Shown: piece by piece, positions 25,553 to 38,094 of the stretch | How the letters are laid out: the number at the start of each line of letters is the position of its first letter | How positions within the stretch are numbered: position 1 is the stretch's first letter | NCBI RefSeq assembly: GCF_006345805.1 | Contig: NC_043024.1 | Span: forward strand, 16,864,001 to 16,928,000 | Reading direction: 5' to 3' | DNA length: 64,000 bases | Source: Octopus sinensis | Taxonomy: Eukaryota | Position numbers and translations under genes: made by a program | The notes under the pieces: model-generated | Database searches by the model: none | What the model was told of the DNA's origin: nothing | Seen by the model: only the letters and a program-made list of their open reading frames with translations

Positions 25553-26699
25553 TCTGGTTATCTGTGTGTTTGTGTGTGTGTATTTCCACACCTAGAAGGA
25601 GAAGCATCGCTCTGAGGAGGTTGGAGCATAAAAAGACTAATAATGTTTTATCTCATGCTTTAATCACTTTTCTTGTTGTTGTTAGGAACCTTGCACAAAA
25701 GAGCAAACACATGCAACAGTAAGTAAAATGTTTAGGGTTCCATTCTGCCATTAACCTCTATGCAAATTTTGAAACATTTTATTTTGCTTTTTGCTTCATC
25801 GCTGTTCCTTTTCTTCCCGGTTGATTGATTTCGTTCTATGAAATGATTTAGAGATCTTCCTCTCTGACACAGTGTGTGTTTATACACTGCCACACACCTA
25901 TTTTACATACATAAACACACACTTCAAATGAATACAGATACAAGGTTATAAACACATACACATGATGACTTATACACACATACATACACAGATACTTGCC
26001 TGACACATGGCTACTTGTCCTATTAGAAAGAGCAGCTAAACCTCTGTCAAATCAAATCTGACCACCTTCAATAAACATTGGATGATATAGTTTGAGACAT
26101 ACAAACCCCTAAATCGATGGGGTGGTCAGTGGCTTTTGATTTGTGGTCTGTTTGATCGCAGCTGACCTGTAGACTAAATGGTAACACTATTATTATAGAC
26201 ACAAACACGCACTTATTAACACACACATACACACACAAACACACATGCATATTAATTCACACACATACACAAACACATTAACACACACATACACACACAT
26301 ATTAACACATACATACATGTGTCTGTATTAATACACGCACACATATACACATACATACATTAATACACACACACATTAATACACACATGCATACATACAC
26401 ACAAGTTGACCCTATGCCACTGCTATTTACTCCAAGGTGATTGGTACCCTAATTGCTTTCTATTGCCTGATTGGTTGAAATATTCCCTTCCTCTGCTTAT
26501 TGGATTTGTGGGTCAGAACTTTGTTTCCTGGTTTCAAACATTTCTCATAATTTGATTGGCTAACAAACTTTCCAAATAACTTTCAGCAATTTCATTGGTT
26601 GACAAGCTTTGCTATTTCTTAATCATGAGTAAATTAATATTAACGCAATTAATATATAAAGAAATAAAAACATAACTAAGACACAGATAGTGTCACTCT

Positions 26700-27063
26700 G
26701 TTGTTATGACAATGAGAGTTCCAGTTGATCCAATAAACGGAACAGCCTGCTCGTGAAATTAATGACATGCAAGTGGCTGAACACTCCATGGACACGTGTA
26801 CTCTTAACGTAGTTCTTAGGGAGATTCAGTATGACACAGAGTGTGACAAGGCTGGCCCTTTGAAATATGGGTACAGCAGAAACAGGAAGAAAGAGTGAGA
26901 GAAAGTTGTGGTGAAGGAGTACAGCAGAATTGGCCACCACCCCCTTGTGGAGCTTTAGGTGTTTTTGCTTAATAAACACTCACAACGCTCAGTCTGGGGA
27001 TTGAAACCGCAATCCTATGACTGCGAGTTTGCTGCCCTCACCACTGGGCTATTGCACCTCCAC
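26700..27063 (-). mobile_element. tRNA-derived SINE (third family)
   Basis: The minus strand begins gtggaggtgcaatagcccagtggtgagggcagc...gcggtttcaatccccagac (tRNA-like A/B boxes). Confidence 0.8.
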
Positions 27064-27149
27064 AGATAATTATATACATGGCCAAGAAAAAAAAAAAGAT
27101 TTTTCAAAGATATAAATGTATCTCGAAGATGCTGTGTACATTCTGTTAT

Positions 27150-27368
27150 TCTTTTATTCTTTCATTTGTTTCAGTCATTTTGACTGGTAATGCTGGAGCA
27201 CTGCCTTTTAGTTGAAGAAATAGAACCCCTGGACTTATTCTTTGTAAGCCTGGTACCTTACTCTATCAGTCCCTTTTGCCGAACTGCTAATTTATGGGGA
27301 CATAAACACACCGACGTCATTTGTCAAGTGACAGTGGGCAGACAAACACAGACACACACACACACAAG

Positions 27369-27402
<34 letters not shown>

Positions 27403-27556
27403 ACAGGCTTCTTTCAGTTTACATCTACCAAATCCACTCACAAGGCTTTGGTTGGCCCAAGGCTATAGCAGAAGACACTTGCTCAAGGTGCCACGCAGTG
27501 GAACTGAACCTAGAACCATATGCTTGGGAAGCAAGCTTTTTACCACAGAGCCATGC
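27150..27556 (-). mobile_element. SINE family A, full copy
   Basis: Reverse match. Confidence 0.9.
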
Positions 27557-27769
27557 AAACTTTCATCCATCAATCTAGTTAATTTAAGTAGTAAATATTC
27601 TACTTCGACTACAGCTGAGTGGACTGGCGCAATGTGAAATGAAGTGCTTTGCTCAAGAACACAATGTGTTGCCTGGTCCAGGAATCGAAACCACAACCTT
27701 ACGATCATGAGTTCAACACCCTAACCACTAAGCCATGTGCTTCCACACATATATACATACATACAAACA

Positions 27770-28335
27770 AACAATGATTTAGGATAGGGAAGAGAAACTG
27801 TGTACAGTTGTGGAAATCAGCTGCCCAGTGGATGTTAACATAAAGCTGAAGATCAGTGAAAAAACAAATACCTATACTGAACTATTGAGAAATCTGAAGT
27901 TACTCTATCCAGATTACAAGTCCAGGTTTATACCTGTAATTATTGGGGCACTGGGATATGTAGCACACTGCCTAAGTATGAATCTTGAGAAATTAGGCTT
28001 CCCAAAACCAGAAAGGAGAAAACTGATTTGAAGACTACTGATTCAGTCCATCATTGGAACTGTAAAAGTCTGTAAAACTTTCCAGAGGTTAATAATTTAA
28101 GTATATATGAGCATGTCTAGATATGTAACTATATGCATGAGAATACATACATGAAGCAAAACATAGAAATCTGCTCCTGTAGATAGATAGATAGATAGAT
28201 ACATACATACATACATACATACATACAAACAAAAATATCTTGTTGGTGTTGTTGAAATTCCATTGAAGGTGCCTTGGATCTAGGTTAGAAACCAGTTCTT
28301 TCTCTATTGGCTGGAAATCTTGAAATAAAACTGAA
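27770..28335 (+). mobile_element. 3' end of a restriction-like-endonuclease LINE (R4/NeSL-type): endonuclease C-terminus plus 3' UTR
   Basis: VEISCPVDVNIKLKISEKTNTY..L..YP..FIPVIIGALG motif; the UTR (ggatctaggttagaaaccag..ttgaaataaaactgaa) is also at 37440-37540. Confidence 0.85.
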
Positions 28336-29141
28336 TAATCACACACAAGTGGTTTTCTTGTTAGTATTTGCAAACAATTACAGCTTTGAGAATATCTGGT
28401 ATTGTAATACAATTCTACCCTCTTTGGTGAGCGTGAAGCCATCCACGGAGCACACCCAGAAACACAAGTCTCAACTTCCAGTTAACTTTCTAATATTTCC
28501 GATTATATTAAATATGTTAACACTATCCAACCTACAAACCTTACTGCAAGCAGCATCTCTTTATCATTTCTTTCTCTTTTAATCACTTAATTAATTACGA
28601 ATCGTTTGTCTTAACGAACAACTTCCTCTGATGTCATTGGCTGATTAAACATTGAACAATCACTCGTTATCATCTGATTGATTGGCCATCACATTTTCTT
28701 CAATCATTTTCCATCAACTGATCATCCACTCAAATACAGCAGAACAGTTTCCTCTCTCCTGATTGGCTGATAGTCTTTTGGCTGCGTAAATCAACACCTT
28801 ATTTTCTTTTTCCTTTCATCTGTTCTTGGAGAATTTCCTGTTGTCTCATTGGTTAACCAAGTATGATGATCTTCTATTGCTGATGGTTACTAACATCTCT
28901 CTGTCTGTCTGTCTGTCTCTTTCTCCTGATTGGTTGATAGTTTGAGGGCTTTATTTATAATTTTGTATCTATTTAGTTTGTGTATGTGTGTGTTTGTGTG
29001 TATATGTATGCATACATGTATGTATATATACAAATATATATGTAGATATGTATGTGTGTATATATATATATATATATGTATGTTTGTATGTATATATACA
29101 AATATATATGTAGATATGTGTATGCGTATATATTCATGTGC

Positions 29142-29196
<55 letters not shown>

Positions 29197-29540
29197 TATA
29201 ATATATATATATATATTTTCTCTCTATCTCTTTATGTATGTGTGTGTGTATATATATATATATACACATACAGGAATATTAATTGTAACTACACACACAT
29301 ACTGTGACACAGACAAACATACAAGCAAATATATGCAATCATATTTGCACATAAACATACACACCATTATCCCACATTCATACAAACGTGCATACGCACA
29401 CACACACGCACACACACACGCACACACACACGCACACACACACGCACACACGTTTTCTTGTTACGGAAGAATTCAATTGCTTTTTACTTGATTGGCTTTC
29501 TGACACCTTAATATCCTTTATTAATGATGATGGTGATGAT

Positions 29541-30155
29541 CGGTGAGCTGGCAGAATCATTAGCACGCCCGGGCGAAATGCGTAGCCGTATTTCGTCTGC
29601 CGTTACGTTCTGAGTTCAAATTCCGCCGAGGTCGACTTTGCCTTTCATCCTTTCAGGGTCGATTAAATAAGTACCAGTAATGCACTGGGGCCGATATAAT
29701 CGACTTAATCCGTTTGTCTGTCCTTGTTTGTCCTCTCTGTGTTTAGCCCCTTGTGGGTAGTAAAGAAATAGGTATTTACGATGATGGTGATGGTATTTAT
29801 GATGATGGTGATGATGATATTGATGGTGGTGGTGGTGGTGGCAGCAGCAGCGGTAACAGCAGCAATGATGATGATGATGATGATGGTGGTGATGATGATG
29901 TTGATCAAACAATATCAGTGGTGATTATAGGGCGGTGAGCTGGCAGAATCATTAGCACACCAGGTGAAATGCTTAGCGGTATTTTGTCTGCCATTACGTT
30001 CTGAGTTCAAATTCGGCCGAGGTCGACTTTGCCTTTCGTTCTTTCAGGGTCAATCAAGTAAGTGCCAGTTATGCACTGGGGTTGATGTAATCAGTTTGTC
30101 TGTCCTTGCTTGTCCGCTCTATGTTTAGCTCCCTGTGGGCAATAAAGAAATAAAT
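29541..30155 (+). mobile_element. Two SINE family B copies (29541-29777, 29931-30155) separated by a (GAT/GGT)n tract
   Basis: ggtgagctggcagaatc..gttctgagttcaaatt..gtcgactttgcctttc core. Confidence 0.9.
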
Positions 30156-30484
30156 ATTAGTGGTGATTACTTACAATAATGATAATGTTGATGGAGTTAA
30201 TATAGAAAAAAATACTTAGACTCATCACAGCCTCTACATCCAACAAAATGTACCCCTACAAAATGACCGAACATTTCATACAGGCAAAAAATCTTAACAG
30301 TGAACAGCCTACATGGACTGTGATCCGAAAAGGAGACATGGAAAATCATGGAAATACCTTATAAATGACATCAGTGAGACACCCAAATACTAATTACACA
30401 CCCCCAAAAAATGTCCCTAAAACACTACCATTCAACATGGGTCAAATTATCTTGTTATGAAATACAAGGAAGAACATCTCAGTA

Positions 30485-30721
30485 CAATAATCCCTTGACT
30501 ACCGTGGGTATTATGTCCCAAAATACCCCTGTGATAGGGGAAAATCCATGAATTAGAAACAGTAATGTAATGTATATTTTAAAACTTATTTTTATAATTT
30601 GTATATATTTATTTTATTATGAATGCAAAACAACACCACGGAGGAATTGACGTTAGCTTAAATAATAAACTGTGATAGGTGAACCGCAATAGGTGAACTG
30701 TGATATGGCAAAGGATTACTG
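30485..30721. mobile_element. pogo/Tigger-like (Tc1/mariner) MITE
   Basis: TA|caataatcccttgactaccgtgg...ctgtgatatggcaaaggattactg|TA: degenerate TIRs with a TA target duplication. Confidence 0.7.
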
Positions 30722-30800
30722 TATTTACTGTGAAAACGGAAGGCAAGAATAAAACAAATTCATATTCAACATGGACAAAAAAAAGTTTAGTTAAAAATTA

Positions 30801-30961
30801 GGCTCAGGTATGGTTGTGTGGCAAGAAGCTTGCTTCCCAAGCCCATGGTCCTGGGTTCAGTCCCACTGCTTAGTACCTTGGGGAAGTGTCTTCTACTATA
30901 GCCCCAGGCTGACCAAGGCCTTGTGAGTGGATTTGGTTGACAGAAACTGAAAGAAGCCCAT

Positions 30962-31008
<47 letters not shown>

Positions 31009-31230
31009 GTGTGTGTGTATGTCTGTGTTTGATCCCTCTCCCCACTGCTTGGCAGCTGGTGTCCGTGTGTTTACATTCCTGTAACTTAGCAGTTTGGCAA
31101 AAGAGAGCAACTGAGTCAGTGCCAGGCTTAAAAAAGAAAAGTCCTGGGGTTGATTTAGTTTGACTGAAATTCTTCTAGGTCGTGCTCCAGCATGGTCACA
31201 GTCAAATGAGTGAAACAAGTAAGAGATAAA
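30801..31230 (+). mobile_element. SINE family A
   Basis: Match to the family. Confidence 0.85.
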
Positions 31231-31489
31231 ACATAAATTAATGCAAGTAAAACGATTTGTCACAAGATCCATTGGAATACAACTTCACTTCAAATAAATG
31301 GACCACAACAAAAGGTGCCAAAGCTTTTGACTCTACATCAAACATTTAGCACATTGTCATTAAAAAAAAAATAAAGGAAATAAATTGCCAGAAATTCTTC
31401 AGTCAATCCCTACAGAAAGAACTCAATCCTTTGAAAGGAGTATAGACTCTGCAATGTGAATGAGTGATGGATGAGTCTTCATCACAATC

Positions 31490-31860
31490 AAGAACAGGTT
31501 GTAGAATATTCTTTTCTAGTCTTGGCAAAGGCCTGAAGTTTGGGGTGAGGTGAGGCCAGTTGATAAGATCGGCCCCAGTATGCAACTGGTACTTAATTTA
31601 TTGACCCCAGAATGATGAAAGGCAAAGTCAACCATGGTGGAATTTGAACTCAGAATGTAAAGACAAACGAATTGGTCGTAGAATATTCTTTCTACTCTAG
31701 GCACAAGGCCTGAAATTTTAGAGGAGGGGGCCAGTCAATTAGATCAACCCCAGTATGTAACTGGTACTTAATTTATCGACCCTGAAAGAATGAAAGGCTA
31801 AGTCAACCATGGTGGAATTTGAACTCAGAACACAAAGACAGATGAATTCGTTGTAGAATA
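31490..31860 (-). mobile_element. Tandem pair of partial SINE family B copies
   Basis: Two ~180-bp direct repeats containing ggcaaagtcaaccatggtggaatttgaactcagaa. Confidence 0.85.
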
Positions 31861-32165
31861 TTGATAAGTAGGATATGGGTAAGCAGTGAAAGAAAGTACT
31901 ACTTAGGACCCTTGTCCTCAAGATATTAGATTTTGCACCCATTAAACCAGTATTGTATGAACAATTCTTTAGATTGAAACAAGCTCAAAAACCTCCAAAT
32001 CTACCACAATCTCTATATTAGAGTGTACATCTAGTGTCTGGTGCCTGGTGACCAGTTGTTTTATACAAAAACTGTAACAAATCATGACACCTTAGAAACC
32101 TGCATCACAATAAGGTAATGTTTATCCCTACTTAAATGTGGTTCCTTCATTAGAACAGGCTATAC

Positions 32166-32315
32166 TGTGGTAATTGCCATGAGAAAATCTCTCCTATTAG
32201 CTTTTGATCACCAATGCAAAATGTAACACGAACAAAAGTGCAATTGGCATCAAAAGCCAATATGAGAGTTCCTCTCGTGGTATCTACCACTGTATAGTAT
32301 AAATTAGTACTGCCT
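32166..32315 (-). CDS. Internal exon of the minus-strand gene ([49 protein letters not shown])
   Basis: 150 nt, gacag| ... ca|gtatag, phase 2-2; joins the 23286 exon as ...WQLPQNISIP... without a stop. Confidence 0.6.
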
Positions 32316-32319
32316 CTGT

Positions 32320-32470
32320 CATACATACATATATATTTATATATATGCACATACATACATCTATATATATATATATGCACATACATACATCTATATATAT
32401 ATATATGCACATACATACATCTATATATATATATATGCACATACATACATCTATATATATATATATACAT
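32320..32470. repeat. Minisatellite, ~26-bp unit (atatatatgcacatacatacatct) x4-5
   Basis: Read directly. Confidence 0.9.
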
Positions 32471-32616
32471 ATATTCAAATATATCTTCATCATTTATATA
32501 TTAACAGCTTAGATCTTAATTATAAAAATATATGAAACCATTATTCTATAGAAATTTAAATGTTTTAAAAGAAATTTCAAGTGCCTATGTGATAACTGTA
32601 AACCTACTTTTGGGCC

Positions 32617-32671
<55 letters not shown>

Positions 32672-32928
32672 AAATTAGAGACAAAACCACTATTATGCAA
32701 ATAAAACAAAGAAAGACTTAAGCCAATACATAAAATATAAAATAATTTATATAAATTATTTTATATTTTATGTATTGGCTTAAGTCTTTCTTTGTTTGAT
32801 TTGCATAATAGTGGTTTTGTCTCTAATTTATTATAATATATTTTATTATAAAATTGGATTCAATCTTAAATCTGATTTTTCCTTGTAAATTTGGATTTAT
32901 TCCCTAATATTTATTATTATTATTATAT

Positions 32929-32970
<42 letters not shown>

Positions 32971-32989
32971 TATGTATGTATATGTATAA

Positions 32990-33290
32990 TCATCATCATC
33001 ATTTAACGTCCGTTGTCCATGCTGACATGGATTGGATAGTTTGACTGGACTGGCATGCTGGAAGGCTGCACCAGACTCCAGTTTGATTTGGCATGGTTTT
33101 CTACAGCTGGATGCCTTTCCTAATGCCAACCACTCCAAAAGTGTACTGGGTACTTTTACATGCCACTGGCAGAGGTGCCACTCTGCGTGACACCAGTATC
33201 TGCCACGACTGTGGTTTTGCTTGGCTTGATGGGTCTTCTTCTCAAGCATGACATAATGTCAAAGGTTTTGGGCATTGCCTCTGTAAGGCC
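32990..33290 (-). mobile_element. RTE-type LINE 3' end
   Basis: (cat)n ttaacgtccgtt..ctggatgcctttcctaatgcc, the reverse of the LINE tail. Confidence 0.85.
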
Positions 33291-33454
33291 CAATATATAT
33301 ATTTATATATGTATGTACACACACTACTCTGCCTAAAAAATGGATCTAGAACTTCAATATCCCTACATATCTCACATCTATTTTCTTTCCTCCACCTCAC
33401 TCTCTATTTTATATCTTATCTAAATTAACTATTTCTTAACCATCCTCTCAGACC

Positions 33455-33506
33455 ATCTCCGATGAAGGGATATAATTAATAAATATCCTGGAAACATCTG
33501 TAAGAC
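33455..33506 (+). ncRNA. Degenerate minimal hammerhead motif
   Basis: tct-CCGATGA-a-gggata...tatcct-g-GAAAC-atct-GTA-aga. Position 4 of the core is mutated, and helix III is one change from the palindrome acagctgt. Confidence 0.45.
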
Positions 33507-34951
33507 CTTCTATCTATAAATGTTCTAATATCTACACAGCCTTGGTTTTTTTATCTCATTGCACAAAAAATTCTTTTATATATATATATCACAATAGCAC
33601 CCACAAGGGAATCTCTACGTGGTCACTTAAATTTCTTGCAATAGTAACTGAATCCACCCACCCCCCATTAACACTTTATTGGTATAGAAAGAGGCTTGTT
33701 AGATAATGTGGTCTTACTGTCCCAGCAGATAGGAAAAGATAGGATGGCCATAGTTGGAACACTACTTGATTATTGTTGATCAGAGGACAAAACAGCAACA
33801 AGATTCCTTATTTTTTGTAGGGCACCCTGTATATCTTCACGAAGCCTTAAGGAACATATTTGCTTTCAAAGGTTCTTGTACACTTGTCACCATCTGCGGC
33901 ATTAAAATAATAACCAAACTCCAGCTCTATGAATTTACTTGACTTATTTGAAATGACAGTCAAATCTCCCTCAAATGACATCCCAACCATTTCAAATGAA
34001 GGTAAGTGTACAAGATGTTGCCCATTTGCAACTGAGGGAATTGAAGCAGTATGAAACAATGTGCCCCAGGACATGCAATTACTGCCCAGGAACAGAACCT
34101 ACATCATGATTATGTGTCCATCAATCTAATCACTGGGTCATGCACCTTCCAAATGCATGTATCATAATAGCGTATAAAAAGACAGGTTAGTCATGGATGG
34201 AATCTCTTTGATAAGCGGTCTCCTTGAGGAACACTAACTAGGTGTTAAATAATAGCAGCCACACATGTACAGATGATCCAATGAAACATCTTCTCTTTGG
34301 GTACGTGACCTGCTAAAAATAGCAGCCAAATCTTTTCATTCTTGACTACCTAGGAAAGAAGGGATACAGTGGACAGTGTAGTCTTGAGTATAAATATACT
34401 GGGCGGCCATGACTGGAATGTCTTTGATCATAGGACTGATTCACCAGGGTTGACCTGTGGTTAAACAACAACAGCAACAAAAAAACCACTACCATCATTT
34501 CTTCTAAAACTAACACTGCTATCCCCCCCCCCCCACTACTGCAACCAAAAGCACGACCACTACCACCAGAACCACCACCCCAACCATCATGACAAACACT
34601 ACCACCACCACCGCTGCCATCACCACCTCCATTGCCACCATCACTACTACCACCACCACCACCACCACCACCAATAATGATACATCTACACTTCTAAGTT
34701 ACCCAAAATAGCAGAACATCTTTTAAACATTTTTTTGTCTCTGACATAAAACTGCGTTAGCAACAGACTGGTGTATTCCGAAACAAACAAACCAGTCGAA
34801 AAGACCTTGTAGTACTATATTGTCCACTAAACCGAAATGACCAACACTGACATTAGTTCATAAATTTTTAAGCTGAGATAACAATGGCGAATATCTTCAA
34901 AAGATTCGACCGATGGTTTAATAATGTATTTTTTATTCTTTTTTACTTTAC

Positions 34952-34989
34952 CGTTTTTGCGGAAAAGAGAACGAATAAAATATGATCAT
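34952..34989 (-). CDS. Candidate first coding exon of the minus-strand gene (MIIFYSFSFPQK)
   Basis: ATG at 34989, donor cg|gtaaag; phase 2 joins the 32315 exon as ...QKRGSTN... Confidence 0.3.
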
Positions 34990-35100
34990 TAAGCTATGTG
35001 AAAGTCAGAAGAAACCAAACAGCCAAAAAGTAAATTCATTTATTGGGTGACCTTTTAGACATTCTACTGTTATAAAAATCTTGTTTTTCTTCTTCTGAAG

Positions 35101-35171
35101 GACTTGAAAAATCTTTCATCCATAAGTATCAAGAACTGATTGCAACTGTGAGAGGAAAGAGTTGGCGGCAG
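35101..35171 (+). CDS. Candidate exon of a plus-strand transcript (LEKSFIHKYQELIATVRGKSWRQ)
   Basis: Strong acceptor cttgtttttcttcttctgaag| and donor cag|gtgggg; only the phase 1-0 frame is open. No in-frame upstream start found. Confidence 0.4.
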
Positions 35172-35739
35172 GTGGGGGGGGGGGCACTGATAAGGAGCTT
35201 CGGGAAGCACCGAGACTGACAACTAATAACAAATTAAGCCGGCTGTCTGTCTGTTTGTCCCTCTGTCTATGTCTGTCTTATTTTTATTCGTTTCCTATAA
35301 TATATGAGGTAATTATTTATGTTTCTAAAATCAGCATTACAAAAAGCCGGAAAAATAAAATAAAAACCTAACGTAGCAAAAAACAGATTAATGGTGGTGG
35401 GTGGCAAGGGTGGAGCTGGTTAGGGTGGTTGAGACTTTGGACTAAATGTCTTGTCTGTGCTTGCATTATTATCCCTTTATGTCTTTGAGACGATGTATTG
35501 CCAGTGGGGTTGGTTATCTTTCGTCTTTCATCTGTCCCCCTGAGTTGGGGGTGGGTGGAGTGTCAATGAAATATTCAAAAAATACTGGGGGTTTGATTTT
35601 TGTCGACTTCACCCTCAGCATCATTCCTCCACCCTCAAAATGTATACAATTAATTACAAGTTTTTTTTTTTTGTGGAATTATGACTCAATTGGTAGAGCA
35701 TCGGGTTTGAGAGCATCAGAGTAATTACTGACTGGTTAG

Positions 35740-35763
35740 CACACAGACACACACAGACAGACA

Positions 35764-35828
<65 letters not shown>

Positions 35829-36055
35829 CTAATACACCCATGCCGGTGCTGCATAAATGCTCTCATGACTGAGACACGTAAAGAAAGCACCCAGTTCACT
35901 CTGTTAAGTGGTTGGCATTAGGAAGGGCATCCAGCTGTTGAAAACATATCACAACAGACAGTTGGAGTCTGAACCATTTCCTGCTAGCCAACTCCATGTG
36001 AAACCATCCAACCCATGTCAGCATGGAAAGCAGACATTAAATGATGATGATGATA
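35740..36055 (+). repeat. (CA)n microsatellite followed by an RTE-LINE 3' end
   Basis: Read directly; ggaagggcatccagctg...gacattaaatgatgatg. Confidence 0.85.
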
Positions 36056-36080
36056 TATATATATGTATGTGTGTGTGTGT

Positions 36081-36412
36081 GAAGGCGCATGGCTCAGTGG
36101 TTAGAGTCTTGAGCTTACGATCGCGAGGTTGTGAGTTTGAATCCTGGACCGGGCTGCATGTTGTGTTCTTGAGCAAGACACTTTATTTCACATTGCTCCA
36201 GTTCAATCAGCTGTAGAAATGAGTTGCAATGTCACAGGTGCCAAGCTGTATTGGCCCCTTTGCCTTCCTTTGGATAACACTGGTGGAGTGGAGAGAGGAG
36301 ACCGGTATGCGTGGGTGACTGCTGGTCTACCATAAACAACCTTGCCCGGACTTGTACCTGGGAGAGTAACTTTCTAGGTGAAATCCCACGGTCAGTCATG
36401 ACCAAAGGGGTT
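36081..36412 (+). mobile_element. tRNA-derived SINE (fourth family); reversed or partial copies at 27590-27745, 38580-38710 and 58140-58330
   Basis: ggcgcatggctcagtggttagag...gagtttgaatcc head, then ttgagcaagacactttatttcacattgctccag. Confidence 0.8.
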
Positions 36413-37209
36413 CTAAGAAATATATATATATATATATATTATGCGAAATGTATAGTATTAGATATCCATCATGGCTGATTTCAGCAATCGGTTTCGTGTA
36501 AAGAATACAATGGAGTGTTCGGTAATAAACCGATTATATAACTCTTTATGCTTCTTAGAGTTAGCCTATATATTTAGTAAAATGAACGTGAATTTGCAAG
36601 CTGATTCAGTTTCTGCCAACACTGACTGACTTCAAGTATGTAATTTCAGCCAATAACTCTTGCTCCTTTGATTGAGCCTGGTCACAGTTCATTTATTTTC
36701 ATTCAGCATCTGGTGGCATCTTAGAGGTGCCCTGTGTCAAAAAATATCATTTGTAACAGACGTTCTTTTGACATCGTTCACAGATGCCTGACTCAGGATC
36801 AGAAGTTACAGCCTGAGTTGTTATCTATAATCGTAAAAATTAAAAGTAATTCAAATTCAATTTTTTCTTGAAACAACAAATTTCTGTAAAGATTAGGATT
36901 TAAATTCCAATCTATGAAAAGTTTCCATTCTACAATATTCTTAAAGGAACTAAAAATTATCCAGCAACTCAGGCTAATACGAACGAGCTTGGCAGGTGTA
37001 ACAGACTAACTGACATCTCTTGTCAAGAGTACAGGTGATCAAGAATCAGATCACTGATGTCTGTTGTGCATTCCGCTTTCATTATTTGATTGCTGTTATT
37101 CTGTGCATCTGTGTGTAAAGATCAGTTGTGTTTTGCAGGGTTGCCTTATTTTTACCCTTAACTTAGAAATGGAGAAAAACATAGAGCTAGATATAAAAAA
37201 ATAAGCCAT

Positions 37210-37318
37210 TCGGGGGCTAGAAATAAAACGGAAAAACATGAAATTCTTTAAGCAGGCATGTGTCTTATGCGAAATCTGTGATGAGCCCAAGTGACGCTGA
37301 TAACCTGGAGGTGTATTT

Positions 37319-37410
<92 letters not shown>

Positions 37411-37540
37411 CACACATACATACATACATACATACAAAAATACCTTGTTGCTGATGTTGAAATTCCAATCAAGGAGTCTTGGATCTAGGTTAGAAACCAG
37501 CTCTTTCTCTATTGGCAGAAAACTTGAAATAAAACTGAAA
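37210..37540 (+). mobile_element. 3' UTR of the R4/NeSL-type LINE, with (CT)n(TA)n expansion
   Basis: Homologous to 28200-28335. Confidence 0.75.
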
Positions 37541-38094
37541 AATGACAAACTTACGTATGTCTTTGGGTGTGTGTTGGTGTGTTTACATCCCAATAACTTA
37601 GCAGTTCAGTAAAAGCAACCAATAGAATAAGTACCAGGCTTAAAAAAAAAAAGTCCTGGGGTTGATTAGTTCACCTAAAACCCTTCAAGGTGGTGCCCCA
37701 GCATGGCCAGAGTCAAATGACTGAAACAAGTAAAAGATAAAAAATAATGAACATATTTAAAATTCTTTTTTATTCCAAACCTTCACCCAGGGGTCAGGCT
37801 GCATAGTCCCTCACTAAATACCCCAACCAACCAACCAACCAACATTATTTCCTTCTTAAATACTGTGTTTTATTCCCTGTTATTTATTGCACCTGCTTTT
37901 AATTTCGACTCCTTCTTTAATTAAATCAGACCTGCTGAGCAAAACTCTTTGAATTTCGGTACAAATTGGAATTTATTGTTCTACTGCACTAATAATTGAA
38001 TTTTAGAATTTTATTACCTACATTCGAAGTTAGGTCACTCTCTTTTAGCGTTTCATGACTTTTTTGTTAGATATTTAGATAATGGGGAGCGGTA

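Larger units (their letters stand above)
34740..35400. promoter_or_regulatory. CpG-enriched unique region, candidate bidirectional promoter
   Basis: About 15-20 CpGs in ~650 bp against a CpG-poor background; donor aaaacg|gtaaag on - (34952) and an exon on + (35101); gttagcaac (RFX-like half site) near 34755. Confidence 0.4.

Noticed and set aside
25685-25717. 33-nt plus-strand exon (ttgttag| ... aca|gtaagt)
   Set aside because: Isolated, no partner exons found, and too short to evaluate.
31973-32114. Plus-strand exon (ttctttag| ... aag|gtaatg) extending the TAG-interrupted frame
   Set aside because: All frames contain stops, including TGA and TAA, so it does not support the editing idea.
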